Shown here piece by piece: positions 27,864 to 41,359 of a stretch of DNA of 64,000 nucleotides. The DNA comes from Antedon mediterranea (lineage: Eukaryota > Animalia > Echinodermata): NCBI RefSeq assembly GCF_964355755.1, contig NC_092673.1, positions 30,749,648 through 30,813,647 on the forward strand, written 5' to 3'. The position numbers and the translations under genes are program-made. Within the stretch, counting starts at the first letter, position 1, and every line of letters begins with the position of its first letter. Below the pieces are notes generated by a model. It saw only the letters and a program-made list of their open reading frames with translations, was not told the origin of the DNA and did not search any database.

Positions 27864-29119
27864 GTTCTCGAAGAGACGAACATAAAATTAACTTGAGTTA
27901 TTTCTCCATTAGTAGGCCTATACTAATTGTAATAACTATAAAATATTAATAATATATTAATAAAAGATTATTATACTATATTATTTTAATTGAGAATAAG
28001 ACTATATTTATTTTTGTTATGTATAGTATGTTCTATTCCTATGGATATTTATCTGAAATAAAAGAATGAATGAATAGTTATTCAGAAAAAACGACGATTT
28101 CTGTTTACAAATAGAAACTATGCAAGTAAACGCGCATTCTTTGATATTTTTTTAATCATTACTTGCACTAAAGTGTGATTTCTTTTTTATTTATAATTTT
28201 AGTATTATTAATATTTTTTGTCCAATAGATGATAAATTATTGAATTCCAGCGGAATGTGTAAATAAGGTGTGAAAGTCCACTCAAAGTTCGTCTGATTTA
28301 TTAAAGCGGCTAAAGTCGCAAATCATCACCACTGTAATTAAATGTTCTCTGTAGTGTATGGTATTTTTAACTCTCTCAAATCTTGATACGGATCATAAAT
28401 GACAATTCGCCAAAGCCTATAAATGTTTATCTGGCACATTTATATATAAATTTACGTAAGGGCAAAATTCGGTAAATCGCGCGTTATTTCTAGAATGTTT
28501 ACTCAATGGTATATAAAGTTGGTTCGTACTTTTAGTACTGATTTTAACCACCTGATGTAACCCTGTTTACTAATTAAATTGAGTTAGATAATTAGTTATT
28601 GACAATTAAAACGAATTTAGGTTCAACGATTTGCCCAAATAGGGATGTTTTCTGATCGTGGTATACACTGTCTAATGGATGTCCATCGTGAACAAGGCCA
28701 TATAGATGGCTGCAGTCACGTGCTCGAGTTAATGTTTACCGACTGACCAACCAGCCGAAATAGTGAGCTGTAAAGTGCAACAAAAATGGCATGTAAAGTT
28801 AAGAGCTCACATGTCGTCCATCCTGGAAACAGCACATATATTGAGGGAGCTGTTGTCTCTAAGCTTCTTATTTCGTTTTGTTTCTCAAGGTGAGACCTCG
28901 ATCTCGGTACCACCGAGCCATACACAACTGACGTTGTAGAAAGATTCCTCCGTTTATTTACTATGCAGTAAACCACGTTGGTGCAGATAGATTATTACAT
29001 ACCGCAATGAATTATAACTTTTTACTATGATGAAATCTTTAAAAATATAAAGAAATGATGCACTGTTAAACTGTATACTATTAAATGTAATATATGAACA
29101 TTTTAAGGAAGAAAGTTAA

Positions 29120-29652
29120 AGATGTATTGTCCCTTGAAACACAAAAAATGAAGGTCAAAATATTCTAGATTTAAATTGGCCACATCAAAGTAATATTAAA
29201 GTTATTCACTTTAAGTCCAAAAACAACAAGTTTACGTAATGAACCGATAAATTAATTTTTTTACATTTTGCTGGAAAATCGTCGCGAGCGAAAGTAAACA
29301 AAGATTTCAAACCATGAGTATGCATTATGCATGATGCTAATTAGGATTGTTTAAAACTCGTCGGCGGTTTGAGAAGGTGTTTTCACACAGATCGCAAGGA
29401 AGTTTTATGATTATGCATACAGAGTAGCCTAACAAGCACATTGCATTATGAGATATGTTTTGATCGAAAACTTTGACTGGAAGTCAAAGTTATATTTTGA
29501 ACAAAAAAATGTCTGTATTTCAGTTAAATGATTTTCTTTTTGACTAATTTTTTGTGAAAGGTAATAACTATTATGATACTTCAAAATGACCAACTTTTTT
29601 CGAAATGTTAAAAAAAAATTGTTTTGGAATTAGTCAAAGGGACAATACATCT
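29120..29652. mobile_element. TTAA-flanked MITE (Kolobok-like termini); related ends at ~10146-10166 and ~32135-32179
   Basis: ttaa-agatgtattgtccctt...aagggacaatacatct-ttaa. Confidence 0.8.
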
Positions 29653-29932
29653 TTAATGATAAGTTTGTTATTTCGGCCTATGAAAATGTCATAATTTGTT
29701 TGATTGTCGAAATTATTTATAAAAAAATTAATATGCAATTAATGATGAATTAATCAACTTGTGTTCTCTTAATTTCATAATAAATCATACATATGATACA
29801 CTTTAAGAAAATGACTAAAAATACCCGCACACAATAATACGAGTAGGCCTATGCTTTGCATTTTCCTATCTCCTCCTACGATAATTTTTTTAAATGGCTG
29901 GAAACCGGTTGAACAGCTCGAGTACAGCATCA

Positions 29933-30242
29933 CTGAGTGAGTGAGTGGCCGAGCGGTTAAGACAGTGGAACCGTAATTACCTAGCCATAACAACGGCAGG
30001 GGTTCGAGGCTCACTCACTCCATGGTTCTGGTGGTAGAACGAGTCTTCTCGGATAAGGACTATAAACCGTAGGTCCAGTGTACACATCTAGCTCGTGTGC
30101 ACTTTAAAGAACCTAGTACACCTTTCGAGACGAGTAGGGGGTTACCCCGGTGTATTAGTACATTACAGCCACTGATCACCAACTGGGCCCTCTGGGAGAC
30201 CAGTCATTGACTGAAGAGGTTACCCAGTATAAATATATATTT
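29933..30242 (+). mobile_element. tRNA-derived SINE with a Deu/Nin-like central domain
   Basis: A box tggccgagcggttaag, B box ggttcgaggc; core tcggataaggactataaaccg...taaagaacc...gagtagggggttaccccgg; AT tail; absent from the paralogous site at ~39545. Confidence 0.8.
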
Positions 30243-30465
30243 CAATAATCAAAATGTTGAAGCCGATTTTCTTGAAAAAATATTATTTTGATAGATTTAA
30301 TAAACGTATTATACAAATGTATTGATGTGCAATGAATGGAACATTCCGAATTATTTGGTTTAACCATGAAGGAATACCTCCATGGTTTAACACAAGTAGG
30401 TAAACGTATGGGCCCTTGGAGAATAAACATAAATAGTATTGCAATGCTATACAATCTATATATAA

Positions 30466-31110
30466 ATTATGGTTAATTCTGACATAGGCGAGCACAATGA
30501 AAAAACTTCGGTACAAATCTCCGCCTTGGATACCTACCTTGTCTATCTGAGATGTACCGCGAAACGTAGATTTGATAACATTAGTGTTCAGATCAACGCT
30601 ATTGTTCCATATTTCTATCTTAGGAAGATATTATAAAGAGTTTTTTAACAAAATTTATGATTTCAACATTAGATTTTCAACTCAGTTTCAATTCTTTCCG
30701 TTCAAAGTAATTTCCGGGTTTAAGATAAGTTCACCTTGCAACAACCTGGTTTCAAATATTTTCTCTCTTTTATACACAAGGGAGCAGTTAAAATAATAGA
30801 TTTGACCCTAAAGGTGACTGGAACAGGCACTTTCCATCAATCAATACAGTGTCCCGTTGGAAGACGAAAAAAAAATCAGATAGGACTGGAGCTTAAGTAG
30901 CTATTTCAGTTTTTTTGTTTATTTTAAAACATACGGCGCGTGTGTGAAGGTACAGTAGTTAAAAAATAGAAATCATATACTGCAAATTAATAAAGATCAA
31001 ATGAAATATACGCCATAAAGAATTGGAATATATTGTGGGGAATAGTATTATAAAATTACATAGGGAGATTTGATGATAAGACATTTTTTTTAAATCGAGT
31101 CAAATCCCGC
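30466..31110 (+). repeat. Segmental duplicate of ~60293-60826
   Basis: Shared ataaattatggttaattctgacataggcgagcacaatg...aaattacatagggagat. Confidence 0.85.
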
Positions 31111-34029
31111 CACATGAGTATAAATAGGCCTAAAGCTATGTCGAAATTTCGACATATAAAAAAATAAATAAAATAAAATTTGTTTTTTTTTTTGTTTTTT
31201 GTTTTTGCTATTTATATTCATGATATAGTAGGATTAGGCTTCGTACAGTAAAGTAACTCGAGTGAAAAAAAAAAGAATTCACTATTGGTGGATGATTTTG
31301 TAATGAATTGACAGTTCAGCGCGAAACATTTACATAAGTTCTACCTCGCCTTGGGTTATTTTTTATATATTGTTAATTTGATAAATCCATCCACCCCTTA
31401 CTGATTATCATGGTGATTTTCACTTAACAACAGAGATATATAAATACAGAGCCGTATATTATATGTTAGTGAACATTGCCTACTTATCTTTTTCTGATAT
31501 CGCTAGAGGCGACGCATGCTCAGTCAATCAAGATCAAAGTTGGATGGATTTGTAGTGAAGCAAATATCGCAAAATGTCCTGTATCTCCTACACGTCACCA
31601 GGACCAGGAGTTCCAAGGGATATATACTCATTGATCATTCAATTCTAAACTTTACATTTAACATACATTGACACATACTTATTTATTTGCTTTTGGTCCC
31701 ATTTAAAAATGTGGTTTGACTTCATTAAGGCATCCAACACATACTTCTAACCAGTGTAGTTTGACAATTATCTTTGGGATTTTACTGGTTCAAGCGGAAT
31801 TAAATTTCTAATATTCATTAAAATGCGGATATAAAATTTATAGGTTGAAAAATAAAGTCGGAAAACCTTTTTTTTTTTGGTATAGGCCTACATGATTCAA
31901 TAAAATGAAGCCGCTAATTTAGCCAAGGAGTCGCAGGTCTTCAAACTAGATCTTAAATTGATTTAGCTGTCACACAAGTAGGCCTTTTAAATCACATATC
32001 AATTTGACCCCAAATATTGAGAAAACTGATTTTTCCTAAAGCATTATATTATACTATTATATAGGGTTTGACTTTGAATTTTAGACTTAAAGTGAATAAC
32101 TTTAATATTACTTTGATATGATATGATATGAATATTTTGACCTTCAGTTTTTGTGTTTTAAGGGACAATACCTCTTTAAGTTTATGTCAATATAATAATT
32201 CCATTTTAAGTTATACCATACCATTGTGTGGGTTTATTTAATTATTGTATTTTACGTACTATGGACGTGCAATTAAAACGAATAGCAACGTAATTCATTA
32301 TTTCGATAAACTATTTAAATTATTTAAAAATAGACAATTAGCATTATATTATCAATAATCATATGGTTACATTTGTATAACAAACAGTAAGATAGACATT
32401 GAACACATTAGGTATGTACGAGTTGGTTGAGGCATGTGTTAGCAAAGTTGGGTATGAGTTGCTATGGGTACGATACGATACGATAAAACTTTATTGCAAT
32501 TATCTTCATATAAAATAAGTCAAAATTAAAGTTTAACATAGGTGAAAAATCGACAGATTTGTAAAAAAAAATTATAGGCGCCTAATTGCTATGGATAAGC
32601 CTTACTACTCCGGGCTTAGCTAGTAGTAGGCCTACTTCGCGATTTTGCTTACCTAAACTAGGCCTAAATTAATGTTTAGCCTAAATTTCAACCGTAATGT
32701 GTACTGTATTTTCTTTTGATGATTTAAGCTGTAGAACACTACTACAAGTTGCAATATTAGTAAGAAACGTATATTCAGTATTAATAATATTATAGTACTG
32801 TAGGATTTCAAATAATGCACCCTCGGATTAATAATGGAACATTCACAAACTGTGCAGGCACCTCTGCCTATGTCGAATCTAATGGGGCTGGCATAAACAG
32901 TTATAAAATTAAGGGATCAGGTCAGAATTATTCCACTACAGTAATTACATGTTTTACTGTACTGTAATAAACAGTAAACCGTTTTGGTTGTTCGAATGTA
33001 GACGTTTATGAGGCAGTTAATGTCATACAAAATGTGTATGATTATCCAAAAAAAATAATAAACAATTACATTGACAATTTAAAGAGTAAACAACATTTTT
33101 GAAATGGTCCCTAAAAGTGATCGATTCTCATAATATACGTTACGGATAGTGATCTTCCCTGATAATGTGTACAATCTGTTGAATGTTAAAAACGTTATAT
33201 ACAGTAAATGTAATAACATTAACAGAGTTGTACAGGTTATGAGGGAAAAACCATGTTTCATTGATACTGCTCATCTTTTTGAAAAAATCAAACTAACTTT
33301 AAATAATATAATAATATATTTTGTATGCTAAGAAGAGAATTTTGGTAGAAAAAAGTTTATACTTTAGCATATTCTGATCAGCATTTTAAGATGGAAAATG
33401 TTTTCTTTTCCAATTTTCCCCGTCGTTCAACGCTTATCCCGAAGACATTCCAAAATATAACGATTTGCCAGATTCAGCTCCATTGTTTTGTAGTATTTGT
33501 GTACTTTCATTACGCTACCCCAGACTGTGTCTACCTGACGATTACCCCTTCATTGACAGTGCAACAAAATGGAATAACCATATTGATATAAAATGATAAT
33601 ATGTAACATGTTGTGATAATTATTCATCGCGTGAGAAGTAAAAGAAACGCCAAATGTCCCCCCCCCCTCCTCCTCCATAATGGCGTCATAACGGTCTTGT
33701 ACATGTTCGATATGATAATATAAAGCATTAAAAAAATGACCATTTCATTCGTTTGCCAGATTCAGTTACATTATTTTGTAATACTCTGATCAGTACGCTA
33801 CCGGACCCCAGAATGTGTTTACATGGCAATTACCCCCACGGCGCGGGAACGGGTGATCAGGGAGGGAAACTGACCTCCCAAAATAAATCATGGGGGTCAA
33901 ATATAGCATGACCCCCACAAATGTTAGATATTTCTTTTCAACATTAGTCTTTTCGCTCAACAATACTAACATGCCAGTCAAAAACAGCCTTTACGATGGC
34001 TAATCTAGAACATGTTAATGCAAAAAGTA

Positions 34030-34537
34030 TGTCCAGTCTTAACTGATGGTCTTAACTCCCCGATTAAAGCCGGCTTTATTCAGATAGACGGTCTTACTAA
34101 AGGCAACCCTGTTAGACCATTGCTATAAAACAATAAGACCGTAAAGTAACAAATTGAGGGCGTACTTTGCGCGTAGAATACCAAATAAGGTAATGTTCGT
34201 CACGCTTGTTAAATTCACAATCATAACAGTACGTACATTTCTACGCAAGAAAATCTATTCTAGGCCTATATAAGAATAAAATCACCGTTATTATTTGATT
34301 TAACACTTAAAACTCGTTCAATTGGTTGTCTTGACGATAAATAATACGTAAAAACAACAAAAAGAGAGGTTTAAGACTGTTTTAAAACTCCTTCGAGTAG
34401 GCTTTAATTTTAAAGACCACTTACAGGCTAGACCGCGACATAGCAATGGTCTATAAATAAAGAATACTTGCTACGTCACGAATTATAACCGGCTAAGCGC
34501 TAAGACCGTTTATAGACCGCTTATAGCAATCCGCCCC
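34030..34537. mobile_element. Degenerate MITE, possibly PIF/Harbinger-like
   Basis: Right end atagcaatccgcccc; inverted subterminal ggtctta/taagacc motifs; left end not resolved. Confidence 0.35.
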
Positions 34538-34966
34538 ATATGACTGTCCGTTAATGAGTTATGGATGTTTTAGTTAGTATCTTGGCCTCTGAAAATAATA
34601 TTGGCTACGCTTTGCTCATATTTTGTCATTCATCGAAGAAGTTGTCTTCCATATCATGAAAAGGGCGTATTTCCAGTGGAACTATTCGCAACTCCCAGTG
34701 TGCTTTACATCTCATTAATTAACCCACTTAGCTTTAATAATGTTTTTAAAAAATGTGGTCACATGTTGATTTTGGTTTCTTCAGTGCTGAATAACTAGCA
34801 CACTTCTAAGTAAACAATATTATTTTTATTATTGATATTAGTATATTTGATATTAAGGTAAAATTTAAAGAGAACATACAAATAATACAATTTAAATGTA
34901 CCACAAAACGTCTGAACCTCTATCATTTTATTTCAAAAGATTCCGGCGGGGCGGATCCAGGAGTAG

Positions 34967-37900
34967 GGGTGTCACGAAAGCTCAGACCACGAAAGCTCAG
35001 ACCCCTAAGACTAGTCTGGGCTCCAGACAGAGTTTTTTCTTAATATTAGTAAAAATATAAATATTTTTGCACATATGGCGTTTCATACGTGTATTACTTG
35101 ATTTTGGATACTCCGTCTGGGGAAACACGCAAAAGTCACGTGGTTTGACACCAAGAATTCTTGGTGCATAGATTATCCGGTTGACTAGTTTCAGCTGCAT
35201 GCGATTGGCTACTCACTCGTACACTGTTTTAATATTCATGTTTCAGAATTTCAAAGACTCAACAACTAAGAAGGTACGCATGCGCTATGTTACGTTTAGA
35301 CAATGTGTACTTGGGTGCATTAATGAAAGTTTCTGAAGGCTAGAAATAATTTTATACCGTATGCCTAGTAGTAGTCTGGTAAAAATTTGATGGGATTTTT
35401 CCCAAGAAAACTCGTCTTGCTTCTCCGCAAATCAAACATTGAATGGATCATTTAATATTACGCGGAGATAATTTGATTTAATTCCCACCCAGACCCTGTC
35501 CTGTTCTGTGTAGTGTAGCCCTGTCTGTTGTGTGTGAATCCTGTTGTGTGCCGGTGGTGGTATATAGGTCTACCTTATTGGCGTTTTATTTGGCAGGTCA
35601 TACGTGCGAGTTAAGTAGGACCTACGAAGGAGGCCTAGGCTAAGGACTAAACAATTAATAAACAAAACAACTTGGCAACACGATTTCATATTTCAACAGT
35701 CTCGATCGTACATTCAGCACTGTACGTACTCGATCTTTTTCGTTTTGAAACAAAATGATCATTGGTTGATTCGAAATCCATATTTACATACCGCCCGCCC
35801 CATATAGCCAAATACGGTATGATAACCTACGTCATTCTTATCGGATGTTTGCGGTCTGCAAATCGATTTCTATACGTGTTTCACAAGTCTGTATTTTCAG
35901 ACAAAAATCGCGGCCGAAATAAAAACAAATAAATAAAAAACAATACAGACTTGGGGCAAGTCTACCCTAAGACCTAAGATCACGAAAGCTAAGACCCAAC
36001 ACCTAAGATTACAAATATTTATCTTTCGCACCTGCCTTGTATTTTAACTCCCAACATTTATTCTGAATACCACACCTTAGAATTGGCACTTTCATGAAAA
36101 AGAATCACATAAAAAGTAACAAATACATTTTTAAATTGATGATTTTACAGACGTTTTTCTCGCACACAAAATGACTAGCCTACAGTACAGTAGGCCTACC
36201 CCATGGGCCATGTTCAATGTTTTTGTTTCTATGGAACGTCAAAAGAGCAAAAATTATATAGAGGGCTGAAAACTCTGTGGAGTCCATCTACAGTGTGGAT
36301 GGAACAATGTAAAATTAAAATTGTAATGATAATAGTATAATCATGCAAGTACGAAGAAATAAATACTGGCAAAAAAATTTTAATTTAAAAATCATGATAA
36401 GTTTTTTTGTTTCGTTTTCTTTCTGTTTTTATACTTGTACTATTATTGTTGCTCTTTTGGCGCTCCATAGAAACAAAAACATTGAGCATGGGGAGCTCGA
36501 GGAGTTACATTGTCATTACAGTATACAGTAGGCCTACAAAGAAACACATCTGTAAAATCATCAATTTAAAGGATTTATTTATTTGTTATTATGTGTTTAT
36601 CCTTCTGAAAGTACTTATAAGTCCTAATTTTAAAGTGTGGTGTTCAGGATAAAGTTAGTCAACAAATTTGGAGTCAAAATACAAGAAAGGCAGGTGCGTA
36701 AGAAAAACATCCTCTGAACCAACACAATGGAGTAAATATATACCAACAAACAACCCGTCAAGTTTGTTTGTTGTAAAGAAAAAATATACATTTACTCAAC
36801 GGGCGAAAATAATGTGAGTTTATCTATGTTTTGCGGTAGTATTAAATTATATTTATGGTAATAAATGAAACCTACTGCAGGGCTCGATTTAGTGCTAGCC
36901 CGGCGTACAATGGCTAGTAAAAACAGCTCCGGGCTACCTAAAGTATCTTCCTTTAAGCCCGGATGGCTAGTAGGTTGTGGGAACTCGAAATTGGGACGAA
37001 ATGACCTCATAAAAATAACTCCAGCATAAAAGACATATGTCTTGGCAACATCAGCAAAAAAAACCACTCGCGCGCTGCTGTGGCCATAACAAGTGATGAT
37101 GTAGGCGGAGCCTCTCATAATCAAGCAAATTTTCCGAATTATGATTGGCCATTTATGTTTTTGTCACCCAGGTTATTGTGAAGTAGGCGGAGCTTCATTA
37201 TCAGGTCAAACGTGTCACAAAAATATGACCATAAATAACGAACTGTGATTGGCCAAATGTAGTAGAATTTTGTCAATGTTAAAAATAACTTGTCTAGTCT
37301 TGTCAGGCCTGGTTGTCACAGATCAAAGCTAGGGATATTTTGTAGGGCCGGGTGGCTGGCTCTATCCCTGTAGGTAGGCCATGGAGGCCATATTTTATAA
37401 TATGCGTAGGCCTAGATAGAATCAAAAGCCATCGTTTGGCATCGTGATGGCTGCTCAGCAGCTAGGCCTAGCTAGATACTACCATTTTGGTAACAGTTGA
37501 GTAGAGTAGGCCAGGTGCTCCAATGCGATCTAGCCTAGCTAGGCTAGGTAGGCCTACTACGTCTATCCTAGCTACCCTACTATAAATGATAGGCTCTCTA
37601 GGCCTAGCCTAAGGTAGACAGAATCTAATTAGTTTTCTTGGCTAGGTTGAAGACCAACAACAAAAAGACCTCAATAAATCGATTCTGTGAATATGGTGAG
37701 CATGAAATAGACTATGCGTCGCGACGCAAAGTTAATTTTTATAATGTGAACAATAAAGAAATACAATTTTGTGTAATTTTTCATGCAATAATAGTTTAAA
37801 TGCGCGATTTGAACGATTTGCGCAATTTGAAATTGCGCAAGGATTTTCTTGCGCAATTTTAAATTGAAACATGTGTTTCAAATTGCGCAAGCAACGTATT

Positions 37901-38833
37901 AAATTGCGCAAGGTTTTTCGACAGATTGTGAAATCATGCACACCCATATTTTGTTAGTAATTTCTAAGAATGATTCAAAATTAAAGATAATATCGCATTT
38001 CCTTACCCTCCCGGGAGCCTCCCTCCCGAATTTTTTTTGATGAATAAAAAAAATCTCGAATTCCCAATGGTTCTATAAAATACCATATTCACACATAATA
38101 TGAGGAGAAGGCATAAATAAATACCAATAGTAATATAATAATTTCAATTCAAATATCAGTACTAATGACGATTAATAAGACTAATAACGATTGGATTTTT
38201 TTTAGAAACAATAATTATTACGAATTATTAGACGTTTACTATTTAACTTAAAAATTAAATTTAATGACAAAAAAGATTGACCTTTCGGTACCATTTTCAA
38301 CAACAAATGAGTACAATAATAAAAATAACAAACAGTTAGAACTATCTTGCGCAATTTACAAATTGTGCAGCGCAATTTGAAATTGCGCAAGGATTTTCTT
38401 GCGCAATTTCAAATTGCGCAAGAATTCTTTGCGCAATTTTAAATTGCGCAAATCGTTCAAATCGCGCATAACACAGTATTTATGTAAATGTTTAGCAATT
38501 CTCGAGCGTTTAGATTAGTGCGCCCTCTATTGTACAAAATGCCTGAATTCATTTATATGGCGGCCCTGCTATCACGGTGCGATAATAAGAGTGGGCTAGT
38601 AAAATAATGTATGGGCTAGTGAAATCTACAGTGAACTAGCCCAGTGGGCTAGCAACATGAAAAAGATAAATCGAGCCCTGCTACTGTGTTTAAAATTATG
38701 TATGGATAAACAAGTATTGTTTTTAAGCTGTAGTATATCTTAGTATTTGTAATCTTAGGTGTTGGGTCTTAGCTTTCGTGATCTTAGGTCTTAGGGGGTC
38801 TGAGCTTTCGTGGTCTGAGGTTTCGTGACACCC
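34967..38833. mobile_element. Composite non-autonomous MULE-like element
   Basis: TIR gggtgtcacgaaagctcagaccacgaaagctcagacccc; 10-bp TSD ccaggagtag at 34957-34966 and 38834-38843. Confidence 0.85.
36878..38680. mobile_element. Nested hAT-like element, itself containing an inverted-repeat MITE at ~37800-38469
   Basis: 14-bp TIR cagggctcgattta/taaatcgagccctg with ctactg duplicated on both flanks; inner inverted ttgcgcaattt arrays. Confidence 0.75.
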
Positions 38834-39994
38834 CCAGGAGTAGCGATTGCTTTGCGCTACCATTTTGAAAGCCAAAATTAGATACGAAAGCAAACACAGA
38901 CACGTCTCCGTACAATGCTGCGCAAAGGAAGCGTTCGTTAGACTGATTTTGGTTGAAGAAAATAATTTGCACATTTGTTTATTATATCAGTCCTATTTAT
39001 TTGCACTGGTTGCGTTCTATACTTTAATGTGGCCGACTTGATCGATTAGTTTTTGGCCGAGTTGACGTGAGGCCGAGTTGACTTGGGGCCGACTTGAATT
39101 TAGCCGAGGTGGTTTAGAGCCTTTGATTATAATAAAATACAACAGTATAATTAGTTGTTATAATATTGAACAGTTTAAATTGATTATACTCTTTTTCCTA
39201 TTGTTATTTCTGCTCTGAAAGACCTGCGAACCAAAAATATAAAATGTAATAGGAATTTGACTGAAGAAATGATTTGCACATTTGTACTGATTTTAATCAC
39301 CTAATGTAACCCTATTTACTAATTAAATGGAGTTAGATAATTAGTTATTGACAATTAAAACAAATTTGGGTTCAACGATTTGCATCAAATAGGGGTGTTT
39401 TCCGATCGTGGCATACACTGTCTAATGGATGTCCATCTTGAAAAATACCCGCACACAATAATACGAGGATGTTTCGCATTTTCCTATCTCCTCCTATGAT
39501 AATTGTTTTTAATAGCTGAAAACCGGTTGAAAAGCTCGAGTACAGAATCATAATGTTGAAGACCGATTTTCTTAAAAAAATACTATTTGGATATATTTAA
39601 TTGAAAATTAAACGAGGCTTACCTGTAAGGTGAAGTTTGATGTAAATTCTACCATATCAGCAGTGGCACTTCTGGGTTAACATGAGAGGCACGACCAGTG
39701 TCCGCTAAGATCAGACTTCAAATCCTTGTGTGCACGATCCGACGTGGTAAGAAAAACCCGATAAGGGCGGGTAGCTAATAGGGAAGGGCATGTTAACCCA
39801 GAAGTGCCACTGCTGATATGGTAGAATTTACATCAAACTTCACCTTACAGGTAAGCCTCGTTTAATTTTCAATTCTACCATATCAACAGTGACGCAACTT
39901 CCGGGTTCCCATGAGACTTTAAAGCAGAGTGAACACAAGGACAAATTATCCAACACAGAATACTTGTTGCCATGCCAACGTTATTTTTATTGCT

Positions 39995-41359
39995 CTATTG
40001 TAATACTGCAACATCATATGCATTTTTGTTACTATTATCAATTGGCTTATTGTAATACCTGTTAAACGTAGTAGCAGAGGCCCAACCTATGTGTTTTAAA
40101 ATTTCATCCACCGGGATAGACCTACTTGCTTTAGAAGCACTAGCTGCCCTTGTACTATGCGCAGTAAACACAGCTGTATCAATTCCTGCTAGGCCCAGTA
40201 GTGTTTTAAGCCATCTGCCAATGGTGCTAACCCCAACGGATTTAAATGGTCTAACATACGAGATCAACAGTTTTGACTCGCTTCTCAGTGGCTGTGTACG
40301 GTCCAAATATGATTCGAGGGTATTAAACACACACAATTCCCGTTTTGAATATTTCTTAAACCTTAGGGATGAAAAAAGTTTATTGGGCCGGTCCTGTTTA
40401 GCAAGTACAGTAATTGAAAAATCAAAGCCGTTTCCCGACTTTATCATACTCTTAGTGTCTAGTCCCGCCAGCATATTGCATCTCTGCCCTGACGTTAGAG
40501 CCATCAACATGACTAGTTTATATGATAAATCCCTGAGTGACAACTTATATAATGGCTGCATTAGAGATAAGTAATCTAAAACAATGTTAGCGTCCCAGGT
40601 AACTGCGTACCTTGGAGCCGGAGGCCGGCAATTAAAAACCCCTTTCATATACTTGGTCACTAGTACATGACGTGTAATGGGTCGGTCCTCCTTGCCCTGA
40701 TAGTCAGTGAAGCAACATGCTAACGCTGACCTAGCCGTGTTAAGCGAGGAGTAAGAAAGCCCTTCTTTAAAAAGGTTATGTAAAAACTTTAAGACATCTC
40801 CTACAACGGGGTGCAAGAAATCAATTCCTTTGAAAACAAAATTGACGCCACTTCCTGATGTGTACGTCATACTGCTTCCTTGTGCTCTGTCACCAAGAAC
40901 ATAAGATGACGTCCTCAATTTCTGCCGGTAGGCTGACGTCAGCGATGATTTCCCTGACAACTTGCAAATTAGTAGACATAACTGTGAGCTTAGTGGATGG
41001 TGATGAATAAGTGGGTGTTCTAACACTGACTTGTTGACCCTCACCCAGCGTGGTGTGTCGATGAGTAAGTCGAGAACTCTCGTAAACCATGCCTGTGTTC
41101 TCCACAGTGGCACCACCATGATGCCCGTGGCCTGTTCCAGTAAAACTTTCTGTAGGCATCTAGCTATCAGACAAAAAAGGGCGAAAACCATAAAATTGTT
41201 TAAATGTTGACCAATCACTGGTAAAAGCATCAATGATAACAGCGTTTGGATCTGGTTTCCAAGACGCATATGCCGGTACCCTATGATTAATTCGACTAGC
41301 AAATAAGTCAATATCCGGCACTCCAAAACAGTCAACAATCTTAGAAAAAATACTTGCAT
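39995..41359 (-). CDS. DIRS tyrosine recombinase; the N-terminal part of this ORF is the frameshifted tail of the MT domain
   Basis: LSYSSLNTARSAL, ALTSGQR (catalytic R), AHSTRAAS (HxxR), IGWASATTFNRYY. Confidence 0.9.
   Translation of the reverse strand: MQVFFLRLLTVLECRILTYLLVELIIGYRHMRLGNQIQTLLSLMLLPVIGQHLNNFMVFALFCLIARCLQKVLLEQATGIMVVPLWRTQAWFTRVLDLLIDTPRWVRVNKSVLEHPLIHHHPLSSQLCLLICKLSGKSSLTSAYRQKLRTSSYVLGDRAQGSSMTYTSGSGVNFVFKGIDFLHPVVGDVLKFLHNLFKEGLSYSSLNTARSALACCFTDYQGKEDRPITRHVLVTKYMKGVFNCRPPAPRYAVTWDANIVLDYLSLMQPLYKLSLRDLSYKLVMLMALTSGQRCNMLAGLDTKSMIKSGNGFDFSITVLAKQDRPNKLFSSLRFKKYSKRELCVFNTLESYLDRTQPLRSESKLLISYVRPFKSVGVSTIGRWLKTLLGLAGIDTAVFTAHSTRAASASKASRSIPVDEILKHIGWASATTFNRYYNKPIDNSNKNAYDVAVLQ

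Noticed and set aside
29937-30022. tRNA gene
   Set aside because: The tRNA-like head continues into a SINE core and AT tail, and it is absent from the paralogous site.
39995-41359. Phage integrase or bacterial contamination
   Set aside because: The recombinase is part of a DIRS element with gag, RT, inverted terminal repeats and an ICR, inserted in host-duplicated DNA.
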